This document shows, in pieces, positions 32,055 through 43,504 of a DNA stretch of 64,000 nucleotides. Source of the stretch: Rhodococcus sp. (in: high G+C Gram-positive bacteria) (GTDB lineage: Bacteria; Actinomycetota; Actinomycetes; Mycobacteriales; Mycobacteriaceae); contig JBASAM010000052.1 of the NCBI GenBank assembly GCA_049650605.1, forward strand, positions 188,916 through 252,915. Direction: 5' to 3'. A model generated the notes under the pieces. That model was not told the DNA's origin, did not search any database, and saw nothing but the letters and a program-made list of their open reading frames with translations. Numbering within the stretch: the first letter of the stretch is position 1; the number at the start of each line of letters is the position of its first letter. Both the position numbers and the translations under genes were made by a program.

Positions 32055-32519
32055 ATGAGCGATGGATCAAGCGGTCCGCTGACGGGCATCAAGATTGGCA
32101 AGGCGCCCGCCCACCGGTCCAGTGGAACTTCTTCGAGCGTCACCCCGAAACCGAGTGAGGTCGACATGACAACCAGTGATCAGATTTCCGAACACGCGTT
32201 GCCTGGCGGCAGCTCGTCCACCAACGGATCGTCCAGCAGCAGCAGTAGCAGCAGCTTCTCTTCCGGTCGCCACCCCAGCCCGGATCGCCGCACCGCCATG
32301 GGCATCGCGTCGATTCGTATCGCCGGCCGCCTGACGCAGAACGAAATCACGAGCCGCGATACCCGTCCGATGGATTCCTCCACGGGCCCGGACGAGCTTC
32401 TCCAGCTTCTCGGCGAGTACCTCACCTCCGGTGGACTCGCAAGCCCCGAGCTGCACGTCCGCTCCAACGGCACCACCGTGGTGCTCGATCTCCAGAACCC
32501 CGCCAAGGGCTTCCGCTGA
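32055..32519 (+). CDS. Hypothetical protein with a Ser-rich low-complexity N-terminal half
   Basis: The ATG at 32055 is preceded by GAGGAG. The sequence is MSDGSSGPLTGIKIG...GSSSTNGSSSSSSSSSFSSG...ELLQLLGEYLTSGGLASPELHVRSNGTTVVLDL. I recognise no family. Confidence 0.55.
   Translation: MSDGSSGPLTGIKIGKAPAHRSSGTSSSVTPKPSEVDMTTSDQISEHALPGGSSSTNGSSSSSSSSSFSSGRHPSPDRRTAMGIASIRIAGRLTQNEITSRDTRPMDSSTGPDELLQLLGEYLTSGGLASPELHVRSNGTTVVLDLQNPAKGFR
32235..32255 (+). repeat. Trinucleotide run (AGC)3-AGT-(AGC)3 encoding poly-Ser
   Basis: Read directly from the sequence, inside the CDS at 32055-32519. Confidence 0.8.
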
Positions 32520-32543
32520 TCGGCAGACACGAATAAACGTCAA

Positions 32544-32570
32544 GGCCCCCGGCACATAGTGCCGGGGGCC
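32544..32570 (+). terminator. Hairpin terminator after the Ser-rich protein gene
   Basis: GGCCCCCGGCAC-ATA-GTGCCGGGGGCC forms a 12-bp perfect stem and is followed by TTCTCGTG. Confidence 0.65.
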
Positions 32571-32627
32571 TTCTCGTGCGCGAGGACAGTTCCACACGAG
32601 AGATCAGCGGGAACCACCGCGACGCAC

Positions 32628-32661
32628 AAAGGCGACCCGAGAAGGATCTCGGGTCGCCTTT
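32628..32661 (-). terminator. Hairpin terminator after the fasciclin lipoprotein gene
   Basis: AAAGGCGACCCGAGA-AGGA-TCTCGGGTCGCCTTT forms a 15-bp perfect stem with A/T-rich flanks on both sides. Confidence 0.65.
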
Positions 32662-32741
32662 GTCCCTACTTCACGACAGACACAGTCGGGGGACAACCGT
32701 CGCGAAGAGAGTAACTGCCGGAATTACCGGTCAGAGATGGA

Positions 32742-33425
32742 TCATGCGGGGGGCATCATGACCGTGTCGACCATGTAGACGGTCGCGTTGGCGGTCGTGA
32801 CTCCACCGCAGACGAGGTTGGAGTCGTTGAACTTGAGCGACTCGCCCTCACCGGTGATGTTGACGTCGGCACCCTGGACCGAGGTCTGCTCGCCGGCGAC
32901 CTCGTCGGGGGACAGCTGGCCGGGGATCACGTGGTACGTGAGGATCGAGGTCAGCAGAGCCGAATCGGTCTTCAGCGTCTCGATGGTGGCGGGGTCGATC
33001 TTGGCGAACGCGTCGTCGGTCGGGGCGATGACGGTGAACTCACTGCCGTTCAGCGTGTCGACCAGGTTGACATCCGGGTTCAGTCCACCGGACACCGCTG
33101 CGGTGAGCGTGGTCAGGAGGGGGTTGTTGCCGGCGGCAACTGCGACCGGGTCGGCTGCCATGCCACTGACGGAGCCTGCGCCGTCCGGGACCTGCTCGGC
33201 GTAACCGGCGCAGCCGGAGCCGACGAGGTTGGCGGCGGGATCCGCGCTGGAGTTGGCGGCAGTCGAGGAAGAGGACGACTCGGCGGACGAGGTCATCGAC
33301 TCCATGCTGCTGGTGGCGGAGTCTGCAGTGCTGCTCGCGTCATCGGAGGAGCATGCGGACAGGCCGAGCAGTGCGACGGCTGCGAAGCCGACTGCAACTG
33401 CGCTCTTGTTCTTGGTGACGCTCAT
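32742..33425 (-). CDS. Fasciclin (FAS1)-domain lipoprotein (MPT70/MPT83-like)
   Basis: [25 protein letters not shown] contains the lipobox. The FAS1 motif [13 protein letters not shown] is present. Confidence 0.85.
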   Translation of the reverse strand: MSVTKNKSAVAVGFAAVALLGLSACSSDDASSTADSATSSMESMTSSAESSSSSTAANSSADPAANLVGSGCAGYAEQVPDGAGSVSGMAADPVAVAAGNNPLLTTLTAAVSGGLNPDVNLVDTLNGSEFTVIAPTDDAFAKIDPATIETLKTDSALLTSILTYHVIPGQLSPDEVAGEQTSVQGADVNITGEGESLKFNDSNLVCGGVTTANATVYMVDTVMMPPA

Positions 33426-33609
33426 GTGATGAACCCTTCGTCGTACTTGTTTGTGTGCCGCTCGCCCCCGGTGCCTAACACCGGCTGCGTCGGTTGTGTC
33501 ATCGGTCATTCGGAACTATGTCATACGGGGGATTGGTGACGATCGAGAGTTTTATTCGATTCGGGGCGTGCGTCTCGCTCGAGCCTGCCCGAAAACCGGC
33601 GCCGACCAG

Positions 33610-34284
33610 TCACTCTCGGGGGTCAGTGCGCCCTGGACCCAATTCGTCAGGCAAATCGGTTATTTCGCAGGTTTCTTGGGTAGCGGTGAACCACCCCGTG
33701 TATCGAAAAAGTTGTCCCAGGGTGCGCCCCCGCACCTCGATATCGATGCGATGTCGCTGCTCCTGCTCGTCCCACCACTCACGACCGCGAGTCTCGGCGG
33801 ATAGGAGTGACGGCGGTTTGATCGATCCTCGGGGAGCAAGAAACCGCGGCAGACCGCTGTCGAGGCGGAGACCGCCGTCTGCGTCTGCGGAGCACGTCGT
33901 GTGGACGACCATGTCGGGTCCGGCGCCGATGTAGTCCAGGGCACCGCGGCGGCCGACAACCATCACCGAGTCGAGAGACACCTCGTGGCCGGGGAACTGA
34001 AACCGACGCACGAATGCCAGTGTCTCCCTGCCCAGATCGTCCACGTAGGCGTAGTTGGCAATGGTGAAGGGAATGTCGGTACCCGAATCGGACGGCACCA
34101 TTTTGCGTTTGCCGCCCAACCACAGGGCTGGAGGTGGCAACAGTTTCGAGTGCGAAATCGACTCCATGACACCGGTTCCGAACTGCGCCACTTTGTCCTG
34201 CGCACCGAAACCGAAGCGCCACTGCACCTTCGGATGAAGCTTGTAGAACTCCGGGCCCATGACCTCGGACACGACGGACGTCAT
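33610..34284 (-). CDS. DUF4166 domain protein
   Basis: MTSVVSEVMGPEFYKLHPKVQWRFGF... is the typical DUF4166 N-terminal pattern. Confidence 0.65.
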   Translation of the reverse strand: MTSVVSEVMGPEFYKLHPKVQWRFGFGAQDKVAQFGTGVMESISHSKLLPPPALWLGGKRKMVPSDSGTDIPFTIANYAYVDDLGRETLAFVRRFQFPGHEVSLDSVMVVGRRGALDYIGAGPDMVVHTTCSADADGGLRLDSGLPRFLAPRGSIKPPSLLSAETRGREWWDEQEQRHRIDIEVRGRTLGQLFRYTGWFTATQETCEITDLPDELGPGRTDPRE

Positions 34285-34383
34285 CGCCACTCCTGGTGGT
34301 TCACCGGCGGCCGACCGTCGACCGCAGTGCACGCGAGAGTAGCCCGCGCCCCGGTCCGCCCAGCTCAGTCCAGGTCGCCCAGC

Positions 34384-36177
34384 TCAGTCCAGTTCGTCCG
34401 CCAACTCCATCCACCGCTCCTCGACGGACTCCTTCTCCGCCACGACGGTCACGAGTTCGGCGTTCAGCCCTTGCAACGTCGTCGGATCGGTCGCCGATTC
34501 GGCGAGCGACGCGTGCAACGACCGCACACGGTCGTCCAGCTTCACCAGTTGCCGTTCCAGCTTGGACAGCTCCTTGCGAGCTGCGCGCTCATCGGCGCCG
34601 CCCTTGGCCACCGCGGGCTTCCCGGACTTGGTTGCCGTACCCGCGGACATTCCCGGAGCCGCGTCGTCCGCAGCGGCGATCTTCGCTCGGCGGCGCAGGT
34701 ACTCCTCGATTCCGCCCGGCAGGTTGGTGAGCTTGCCGTCGCCGAACAGCGCCCATGTCGAGTCGCACACCCGCTCGATGAGGTACCTGTCGTGGCTGAT
34801 CACGATCATGGTGCCGGCCCAGCTGTCGAGCAGATCCTCCAGTTGCTGCAAGGTGTCGATGTCGAGGTCGTTGGTGGGCTCGTCGAGAAGCAGGACGTTG
34901 GGCTCGGACATCAGCACACGTGTGAGCTGCAGGCGCCGACGTTCACCGCCGGACAGATCTCCGACCGGCGTGCGCTGACGAGCAGGCGTGAAGCCCAGCC
35001 GCTCCGCGAGTTGTCCGGCGGAGACCTCCTTGTCGCCCAACATGATGCGCTCGGCGACGTCCTGCACCGCCTCGAGAACACGCATCCCCACAGGGAGGTC
35101 GTCGAGTTCCTGACGCAGCCATCCGATGCGTACCGTTTGACCCTCGATGCGCTTGCCCGTCGCGGGTTCGAGCTCTCCGGCGATGGTGCGCAGCAGCGTC
35201 GTCTTTCCCGATCCGTTGACACCGACCAGGCCGATGCGCTCACCCGGTGCCAGACGCCACGTGAAGTCCTCGACCAGTGTGCGACCGTCCGGTGTCGCCA
35301 AGGTGGCGTCCTCGAGTTCGATGACGATGCGGCCCAGCCGCGTCTGCGCGAACTTCGACAACGCCACCGAATCGCGCGGCGGCGGCACGTCCGAGATCAG
35401 CGCTTCGGCCGCTTCGATGCGGTAACGCGGCTTGGAGGTACGAGCAGGCGGGCCGCGTCGCAACCACGCCAATTCCTTGCGAGCAAGGTTGCGTCGGCGA
35501 TCTTCCGCGGCGTCCGCCTGACGCGCCCGTTCCGCGCGGGCGAAGATCCAGTCGGCATAACCGCCCTCGTAGGTCTCGACCTGTCCGCCCACCACTTCCC
35601 AGGTGCGGGTGGCGACGGTGTCGAGGAACCACCGATCGTGAGTGACGACCACCAGCGAGGAGCGCCGGTTAACCAGGTGCTCCGCCAGCCACTGCACACC
35701 CTCGACATCGAGGTGGTTGGTCGGCTCGTCCAGCACCAGCAGATCCAGGTCCTGCACCAGCGCCGCGGCCAACGCGGTGCGGCGGCGCTCGCCACCGGAG
35801 AGCTGCTCCACGGGCGCATCGAGGCCGAGGCCGGTGATGCCGATGCCGTCGAGCACGCTTCGAATGCGCGCATCGCCCGCCCATTCGTGTTCCGCGACGT
35901 CCAGCGGCGCCAACACGACGTCACCGATGGTCGATCCCGGCGGCAGCACTCCGCGCTGCGTCACTACGGCCATCCGCAGCCCGCCGACTCGGCTCACCCG
36001 CCCGGAATCCGGCGGCTCCACACCGGCAAGAACTTCGAGCATGGTGGTCTTGCCGTTGCCGTTGAGGCCCACGACTCCGATGCGCTCGTTCTCCTGCACG
36101 CCCAGCGATACTCCGTCGAGGAGCGGCTTCACGCCGAACGATTTGGAGACTTGCTCCAGGTTGATCAAGTTGGCCAT
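34384..36177 (-). CDS. ABC-F family ATPase (two ABC domains plus a C-terminal coiled coil, no TMD)
   Basis: Walker A motifs GLNGNGKTT and GVNGSGKTT are present. There are two LSGGERRR signatures. Confidence 0.9.
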   Translation of the reverse strand: MANLINLEQVSKSFGVKPLLDGVSLGVQENERIGVVGLNGNGKTTMLEVLAGVEPPDSGRVSRVGGLRMAVVTQRGVLPPGSTIGDVVLAPLDVAEHEWAGDARIRSVLDGIGITGLGLDAPVEQLSGGERRRTALAAALVQDLDLLVLDEPTNHLDVEGVQWLAEHLVNRRSSLVVVTHDRWFLDTVATRTWEVVGGQVETYEGGYADWIFARAERARQADAAEDRRRNLARKELAWLRRGPPARTSKPRYRIEAAEALISDVPPPRDSVALSKFAQTRLGRIVIELEDATLATPDGRTLVEDFTWRLAPGERIGLVGVNGSGKTTLLRTIAGELEPATGKRIEGQTVRIGWLRQELDDLPVGMRVLEAVQDVAERIMLGDKEVSAGQLAERLGFTPARQRTPVGDLSGGERRRLQLTRVLMSEPNVLLLDEPTNDLDIDTLQQLEDLLDSWAGTMIVISHDRYLIERVCDSTWALFGDGKLTNLPGGIEEYLRRRAKIAAADDAAPGMSAGTATKSGKPAVAKGGADERAARKELSKLERQLVKLDDRVRSLHASLAESATDPTTLQGLNAELVTVVAEKESVEERWMELADELD

Positions 36178-37109
36178 CAGTGTCCCCGGTCTTTGTCGGT
36201 TCGAATTCGCGCGCCGGCAACCGGCCCGCCGGCCACCCGCACCGTGCGGCAGACGCCGGCCCCGGAGAGTTCGGTACCCACCTCAACCGCGTGCTCCGCC
36301 GATGCGCACAGGAACGCGCACGTCGGCCCCGAGCCCGAGACGATGCCGGCGATGGCGCCGGCCTCGATGCCGGCGCGAAGAGTGCGGCGCAGGCCCGGTT
36401 CCAGCGACAACGCTGCCGCCTGCAGATCGTTTCCCAGCAGCGGCCCCACCCGCGCCGGATCACCCGACGCCAGAGCTTGCATCAACGCGTCCGGATCACC
36501 GAGACGCGGCGGCTCACCCCGTTCGCGCAGGCGATCGAGCTCTCGGTAGACCGCCGGTGTGGACAGTCCACCCCGAGCGAGCGCCAGCACCCAGTGAAAG
36601 GAGTCGCGGGAGAGCACCGGCAGCAGCTTCTCGCCGCGGCCCGTTCCCACCGCCGTGCCACCGGCGATCGAGAACGGAACGTCGCTGCCGAGCTGAGCGG
36701 CGAATTCCATGATGCGCTCGCGTGAGAGGTCGAGATCCCACAACTCGTCGAGCGCGACGATCGTCGCGGCCGCATCGGCGCTGCCCCCGGCCATACCGCC
36801 GGCGACGGGAATGCCCTTGTCGATGGTGATGGCGACGGTGGGCGCGCGGCCCGATGCTGCGGCGACCAACTCGGCCGCTTTCCACGCCAGATTGCTGCTG
36901 TCGGTGGGAACGGCGGACGCGTCATCGCCGAGCACCGTGACGGACAGGTGCTGAGCCGCGACGACGGAGACGTCGTCGACGAGGGAAAGTGCGTGGAAGA
37001 CGGTGGTGAGTTCGTGATAGCCGTCGGGTCGCAGGTCACCGACTGCGAGATGCAGGTTGACCTTGGCGGGAGCACGGACCGAGACGGGCCGGCGAACGAC
37101 TGTGAGCAC
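36177..37109 (-). CDS. ispE: 4-(cytidine 5'-diphospho)-2-C-methyl-D-erythritol kinase
   Basis: The GHMP-kinase motif [15 protein letters not shown] is present. The gene is downstream of rsmA, as in mycobacteria. Confidence 0.92.
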   Translation of the reverse strand: MLTVVRRPVSVRAPAKVNLHLAVGDLRPDGYHELTTVFHALSLVDDVSVVAAQHLSVTVLGDDASAVPTDSSNLAWKAAELVAAASGRAPTVAITIDKGIPVAGGMAGGSADAAATIVALDELWDLDLSRERIMEFAAQLGSDVPFSIAGGTAVGTGRGEKLLPVLSRDSFHWVLALARGGLSTPAVYRELDRLRERGEPPRLGDPDALMQALASGDPARVGPLLGNDLQAAALSLEPGLRRTLRAGIEAGAIAGIVSGSGPTCAFLCASAEHAVEVGTELSGAGVCRTVRVAGGPVAGARIRTDKDRGH

Positions 37110-37171
37110 GTCTTCTCACTGTAGTCGGCGCGGGTCCGGTGGCCGAACCGGACCGATCGGGCCTGGTGATG

Positions 37172-38062
37172 TCAGGCGGGGGTTCGCGCCAAACGTACGT
37201 ACGCGGACACGTCCAACGTCTCACCGCGTGCCGAGGGGTCGATGTCCGCGGCGAGGAGGCGGCGCTCCGCCTCGGCGGGGGATCCTGCCCAGCCTGCGAG
37301 CGCGGCGCGCAGCGTCTTGCGGCGCTGCGCGAACGCGGCGTCGACGACGGTGAAGAGCGTCCGGCGAAAATTCTGATCCATCGACCACTGCGGGTCTGAA
37401 TGTCGATCGATGCGAACCAACCCGGATTCGACTTTCGGGACCGGCCAGAACACCGATCGTCCGACGGCGCCCGCACGCCGGACATCGCCGAAATACGCCG
37501 CTTTGACGCTGGGCACGCCGTACGTCTTGCTGCCGGGAGGCGCTGCCAATCGGTCGGCCACCTCGGACTGCACCATGACCAACGCGGTTCTGAGCGTCGG
37601 TATCAGGGCCAGCAGGTGGAGCAGAACCGGCACCGCCACGTTGTAGGGCAAGTTGGCCACCAGCGCCGTGGGCTCGCCGACGATGTCGTCGCGTGTCACC
37701 CGCAACGCGTCGGCCTCGACCACCGTGAGCCGCTCTGCCCGCTCGGCGGCGCGATCGGCGACGGTGCGCGGCAACCGCTGGGCGAGGACGGGATCGATCT
37801 CGACGGCGACGACGCCGTGCACCACGTCGAGCAGGGCAAGCGTCAGCGAGCCCAGCCCTGGTCCCACTTCGAGCACGGTGTCGCCCGGGCCGACCCCAGC
37901 AGCGGAGACGATGCGCCGCACCGTGTTGGCGTCGTGCACGAAGTTCTGCCCCAGCGTCTTCGTCGGACGAACTCCCAGCTCTGCTGCGAGCGTGCGAACC
38001 TCGGCCGGACCGAGCAGCTGAACACGGGCAGGCCCGGATTCGGACGGGGAAGATGCGGGCAC
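37172..38062 (-). CDS. rsmA: 16S rRNA (adenine1518/1519-N6)-dimethyltransferase
   Basis: [16 protein letters not shown] and [12 protein letters not shown] are present. Confidence 0.92.
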   Translation of the reverse strand: MPASSPSESGPARVQLLGPAEVRTLAAELGVRPTKTLGQNFVHDANTVRRIVSAAGVGPGDTVLEVGPGLGSLTLALLDVVHGVVAVEIDPVLAQRLPRTVADRAAERAERLTVVEADALRVTRDDIVGEPTALVANLPYNVAVPVLLHLLALIPTLRTALVMVQSEVADRLAAPPGSKTYGVPSVKAAYFGDVRRAGAVGRSVFWPVPKVESGLVRIDRHSDPQWSMDQNFRRTLFTVVDAAFAQRRKTLRAALAGWAGSPAEAERRLLAADIDPSARGETLDVSAYVRLARTPA

Positions 38063-38087
38063 AGAAGGAGACTAGTCGGACGAGAAA

Positions 38088-39317
<1,230 letters not shown>

Positions 39318-39469
39318 TCACAGTACGGTAACGGGAGAGTATTGGTTCGGCAACTTCGTGTCATCGGTGGCGGCCGACGGACTTCTTACTCATCGGTAAC
39401 GATCGGAGCGAACCCCGCGGCGGCTAGGGTCCGATCCGACCAAGATCGCTGCTCTCGAAAAGGCCTCTC

Positions 39470-40966
39470 GTGAATCCGACTGTTCCGCCCCACACGGGCG
39501 GTGTTCGCCAGCCACGCCGACTCCCGTTAGTAGCCGCGCTGACGCTGCTGCTCACGCTGATGCTCACGCCGGTCGCGCAGGCTCAACCCGCACCCCCGAG
39601 TTCGCCCGCACCCCCGAGTTCTGTAGAGGGTCGCACTTTCGCCATCGCCACGGACGTCACGTTCGCACCGTTCGAGTTCCAGAACGCCGACGGCGAGTTC
39701 GTCGGCATCGACATGGACCTGATTCGGGCCATTGCCGACGATCAAGGATTCTCCGTCGACATCCGCCCGCTCGGATTCGACGCCGCACTTCAGGCCGTGC
39801 AGGCAAACCAGGCCGACGGCGTCATCGCCGGCATGACCATCACCCCGGCACGTGAGGAAGTCTTCGATTTCTCGGACCCATATTTCGAGTCCGGCGTGCA
39901 GATGGCGGTGCTGGAGAACTCGTCGATCAGCTCGTACGACGATCTGGCAGGCCAGCAGGTTGCGGTCAAGAACGGTACCGAGGGAGCGGACTTCGCCGAG
40001 TCGATCAAGGCGCAGTACGGCTTCACGACGCGCTACTTCGCCGACTCCGCCAGCATGTACGACGAGGTGGGTACCGGTAACTCGGTCGCCGTGTTCGACG
40101 ACTACCCGGTGCTCCAGTACGGCATCACACAGGGCAACGGCCTGAAGACGGTCACCGAGAAGGAATCGCCCAGCAACTACGGCTTCGCCGTGAACAAGGG
40201 CGTGAACGCGGATTTGCTGACGGCGTTCGACACCGGCCTGAACAACCTGCGGTCCTCGGGCCAGTACGACGACATCCTGAACACCTACATCGGGGCGGCC
40301 GCAACGGAGTCGGACAATTCGATTCCGGGCCTGATCAAGAGCGAGTACAAGGAACTGCTGAAGGGCCTCTGGCTCACCATCGTGCTGACGGTCATCTCGA
40401 TCGTGCTGGCACTGCTGCTCGGCGCGGTGTTCGGACTGTTCCGAGTCTCGACCAAATCCTGGCTGCGCGGCATCGGCGCCACGTACGTCGCAATCTTCCG
40501 TGGCACTCCCCTGCTGGTGCAGGCGTTCTTCATCTACTTCGGCATCCCGGCGGCGCTGAACTTTCAGATGTCGGCCTTCACCGCAGGCATCATCACGCTC
40601 TCGCTCAACGCCGGTGCGTACATGGCGGAAATCGTGCGCGGCGGCATCCTGTCCGTCGACAAGGGCCAGATGGAAGCGTCGCGAAGCCTCGGCATCAGCT
40701 ACCTGACGTCGATGCGCAAAGTCGTGATGCCGCAGGCCATCAGGACGATGATCCCGTCGTACATCAATCAGTTCGTCATCACGCTCAAGGACACCTCGAT
40801 CCTGTCGGTGATCGGGTTGGCCGAGCTGACGCAGTCGGGGCGCATCATCATCGCCCGCAACTTCCAGTCCTTCAACATGTGGTTGATCATCGGTGTCATG
40901 TACTTCGTGATCATCATGGCGTTGACGATGCTGTCGAACCGTCTCGAGAAGAGGATCAACAAGTGA
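39470..40966 (+). CDS. Amino-acid ABC transporter, fused substrate-binding protein and permease
   Basis: It has a signal peptide, a family-3 SBP region and a His/Glu/Gln/Arg-type permease segment ([24 protein letters not shown]). Confidence 0.88.
   Translation: MNPTVPPHTGGVRQPRRLPLVAALTLLLTLMLTPVAQAQPAPPSSPAPPSSVEGRTFAIATDVTFAPFEFQNADGEFVGIDMDLIRAIADDQGFSVDIRPLGFDAALQAVQANQADGVIAGMTITPAREEVFDFSDPYFESGVQMAVLENSSISSYDDLAGQQVAVKNGTEGADFAESIKAQYGFTTRYFADSASMYDEVGTGNSVAVFDDYPVLQYGITQGNGLKTVTEKESPSNYGFAVNKGVNADLLTAFDTGLNNLRSSGQYDDILNTYIGAAATESDNSIPGLIKSEYKELLKGLWLTIVLTVISIVLALLLGAVFGLFRVSTKSWLRGIGATYVAIFRGTPLLVQAFFIYFGIPAALNFQMSAFTAGIITLSLNAGAYMAEIVRGGILSVDKGQMEASRSLGISYLTSMRKVVMPQAIRTMIPSYINQFVITLKDTSILSVIGLAELTQSGRIIIARNFQSFNMWLIIGVMYFVIIMALTMLSNRLEKRINK
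39587..39622 (+). repeat. 18-bp tandem duplication (17/18 identical) encoding [12 protein letters not shown] in the post-signal linker
   Basis: cccgcacccccgagttcg / cccgcacccccgagttct, read directly from the sequence. Confidence 0.8.
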
Positions 40967-41724
40967 GCACCGACAACAGTGCGACCACCCCCGACGAGAT
41001 CAAGATCCGTGCAACCGGCTTGATCAAGTCCTTCGGCGATCTCGAAGTGCTCAAGGGTCTCGATGTCGACATTCATTCCGGCGAAGTGGTCTGCGTCATC
41101 GGCCCGTCCGGCTCGGGTAAGAGCACGTTTCTGCGGTGCCTGAACAAGCTCGAGGAGATCACCGGCGGCACCGTCACCGTCGATGGGTTCGACCTCACCG
41201 ATCCTTCGGTGGATCTCGATGCAGTACGCCAGCACATCGGCATGGTGTTCCAGCACTTCAACCTCTTCCCCCACATGAGCGTTATCGAGAACGTGATGCT
41301 GGCGCCGGTGGAGACGAAGAAGTCGGACAAGAAGACCGCGCGGGAGAACGCGGTCAGACTCCTCGAGCAGGTCGGCCTGGCCGACAAGGAGAACGCCAAG
41401 CCGGCTCAGCTCTCCGGCGGGCAGAAACAGCGCGTCGCGATTGCCCGGTCGCTGGCCATGAATCCCGACATCATGCTGTTCGACGAGGCCACCAGCGCCC
41501 TGGACCCAGAGATGGTCGGCGAGGTGCTGCAGGTTCTGCGCGACCTGGCGAAGGGCGGTATGACCATGGTGGTGGTCACGCACGAGATGGGGTTCGCCCG
41601 TGAGGTTGCCGACCGTGTGATCTTCATGGCGGACGGGTACATCGTCGAAGAAGGTTCGCCGGACGAGTTGTTCGGCAATCCGCAGAACGATCGCACCAAG
41701 GACTTTCTCAACAAGGTTCTCTGA
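40963..41724 (+). CDS. Amino-acid ABC transporter ATP-binding protein
   Basis: GTGA start/stop overlap. [25 protein letters not shown] and [10 protein letters not shown] are present. Confidence 0.93.
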   Translation: MSTDNSATTPDEIKIRATGLIKSFGDLEVLKGLDVDIHSGEVVCVIGPSGSGKSTFLRCLNKLEEITGGTVTVDGFDLTDPSVDLDAVRQHIGMVFQHFNLFPHMSVIENVMLAPVETKKSDKKTARENAVRLLEQVGLADKENAKPAQLSGGQKQRVAIARSLAMNPDIMLFDEATSALDPEMVGEVLQVLRDLAKGGMTMVVVTHEMGFAREVADRVIFMADGYIVEEGSPDELFGNPQNDRTKDFLNKVL

Positions 41725-41755
41725 ACAGTTCCCACACCAGGTGAGAGGCACACAC

Positions 41756-42022
41756 ATGAGTGACGATCAAGAAACGATGCAGAACATCACGGCCAAGATC
41801 GACGCTCGACTGGGCCGGCAGGCCGACGGGATGCAAGACATGGAAACCCCTGGCGCCAGCGCCCGAGGGGACGGCGATGGTGACGACGACAGCGAACGCG
41901 GCCCGCTCGGTCGTGACTATCACCTGGCCGGCAAGTACGCCCAAGCCCTCGCCATCGGCGAACCCGGCCTGATCGACCGCGCGGAGTTCGACCGGCTGGT
42001 GGAGACCTACGGCGACGAGTGA
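41756..42022 (+). CDS. Small acidic hypothetical protein
   Basis: 88 aa, MSDDQETMQNITAKID...GDGDGDDDSERG...RAEFDRLVETYGDE. I recognise no family. Confidence 0.45.
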   Translation: MSDDQETMQNITAKIDARLGRQADGMQDMETPGASARGDGDGDDDSERGPLGRDYHLAGKYAQALAIGEPGLIDRAEFDRLVETYGDE

Positions 42023-42029
42023 GATTCGG

Positions 42030-42665
42030 GTGAACACACTCTCTCGGTCCATATTTGCCCTGTCAGTGGCGGCTTGTACGGCGGCCACGGTGTCGTGCAG
42101 TCCCGGCAACACCACCGGCAGCGCGACGGCGGTCCCGGCCGACACGGCATCCGCATCGGCCGGTCCAACCTCCGATGTTGCTCCGCCCGAGACTCGCACC
42201 GAAACCGAAACGGTGACCGTGCCGGCTCCCGCACCAGCACGGCCCGCGCAGGTGGTTCCGTGCGTCGATCCGTATTCGGACAACGTGCAGACCGCGCTGG
42301 CGCGCCTGGGTACGGACTCGGCGGGCGGCGGTTTCGTCGTCGACGATCGCACCGCCGGGACCAGCGCCGACGGATGCCCGACACTGGAATGGGCTCGTGC
42401 CACTGGGACCGGAATCCAGAACGGGACCGTCCAGTCCCACATCTTGTTCTTCACCAACGCGGGCGACTACCTCGGCACCGCCACCTCCGACGCGTACAGC
42501 TACACCTCGGTGGTGGGCGCCACCGACACCTCGGTGACGGTCCGATACCGCTGGCTCGGCCCCGACGACGCGTTCTGTTGTCCGTCGAACACCTCGACGG
42601 TGGACTTCGTCCTGTCCGGCGGAAACACCATCACGCCCTACGGGCAGTTCCCGCCGCCCAACTAG
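42030..42665 (+). CDS. LppP/LprE-family lipoprotein
   Basis: The lipobox is LSVAAC. The C-terminal pattern TSVTVRYRWLGPDDAFCCPS is typical of this family. Confidence 0.75.
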   Translation: MNTLSRSIFALSVAACTAATVSCSPGNTTGSATAVPADTASASAGPTSDVAPPETRTETETVTVPAPAPARPAQVVPCVDPYSDNVQTALARLGTDSAGGGFVVDDRTAGTSADGCPTLEWARATGTGIQNGTVQSHILFFTNAGDYLGTATSDAYSYTSVVGATDTSVTVRYRWLGPDDAFCCPSNTSTVDFVLSGGNTITPYGQFPPPN

Positions 42666-43492
42666 CTCAGGCGGTACACCCGTTCGGCGGTGGCGGTCGC
42701 CGATGCGGCAACCTCCTCCGCCGTACGTGACGTCGCGTCGGCCAGCGCCCGCGCTGTGTACGGCAGGCAATACGGCTCGTTCGGCGCCCCGCGAAACGGA
42801 TGCGGGGTCAAGAACGGCGCGTCCGTCTCGAGCAGGAATTGCCCGTCCGGCACCAGCTTCGCCGCTTCCCGCAGCTCGGACGCGTTCTTGAAGCTCACCG
42901 TTCCGGAGAAGCTGAGCACGTAGCCTGCGTCGACACACACTTCCGCCATCTCGGGCCCCGACGAGAAGCAGTGGAAGATCACCGTCTCCGGGGCACCCTC
43001 GTCCAGCAACACCGCCAGGACGTCGTGATCGGCGTCGCGGTTGTGGATCATCAACGGCTTACCGACACGCTTGGCCAGGTCGATGTGCCACCGGAATCCC
43101 TCGACCTGCTCGTCGACGGCGGCGCAACCGTCGAGCTTCCCCGGCCAGTAGTAGTCCAGGCCGGTCTCCCCGACCGCCACGGTGCGTGGATCGCGCGCGA
43201 GCGTGTCGATCTCGGCCTTCACCTCGTCGGTGAGAACGTTCGCCCGCGTCGGGTGAATCGCCGTCGCCGCGTAAACGCGCGGATCCCAGTGCGCGGCGGC
43301 CACGGCGAAACGCGCGGCATCGAGATCGTCCGCCACGGTGACCACGCGGCCAACCCCGACGGATTCGGCACGGTCCAGCACGGCAGCGACGCTCTGCGCG
43401 TCGTGCGCCCCGCAGGCGTCGAGGTGGGTGTGCGCGTCGACGAGCGGCGCGAGAGGAGTGGGCAAGTCGGGGGCGGGACGGTCTTTCGGCAC
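42662..43492 (-). CDS. TatD-family metal-dependent hydrolase
   Basis: LVDAHTHLD, GETGLDYYW, MIHNRDA and LETDAPFLTP are present. The GTG start at 43492 lies just before the divergent metG; the rest of the 593-aa track ORF is antisense to metG. Confidence 0.85.
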   Translation of the reverse strand: MPKDRPAPDLPTPLAPLVDAHTHLDACGAHDAQSVAAVLDRAESVGVGRVVTVADDLDAARFAVAAAHWDPRVYAATAIHPTRANVLTDEVKAEIDTLARDPRTVAVGETGLDYYWPGKLDGCAAVDEQVEGFRWHIDLAKRVGKPLMIHNRDADHDVLAVLLDEGAPETVIFHCFSSGPEMAEVCVDAGYVLSFSGTVSFKNASELREAAKLVPDGQFLLETDAPFLTPHPFRGAPNEPYCLPYTARALADATSRTAEEVAASATATAERVYRLS

Positions 43493-43504
43493 GAAAGATA
43501 GAGT

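Noticed and set aside
33901-36549. 882-aa plus-strand ORF
   Set aside because: It is antisense to DUF4166, the ABC-F ATPase and ispE, all of which have clear motifs. It has no recognisable domains and a biased Arg/Gly/His composition.
41756-42022. Small acidic protein as a possible antitoxin (VbhA- or Phd-like) paired with the downstream gene
   Set aside because: The downstream gene is an LppP/LprE-type lipoprotein, not a toxin. No (S/T)xxxE(G/N) or other antitoxin motif fits convincingly.
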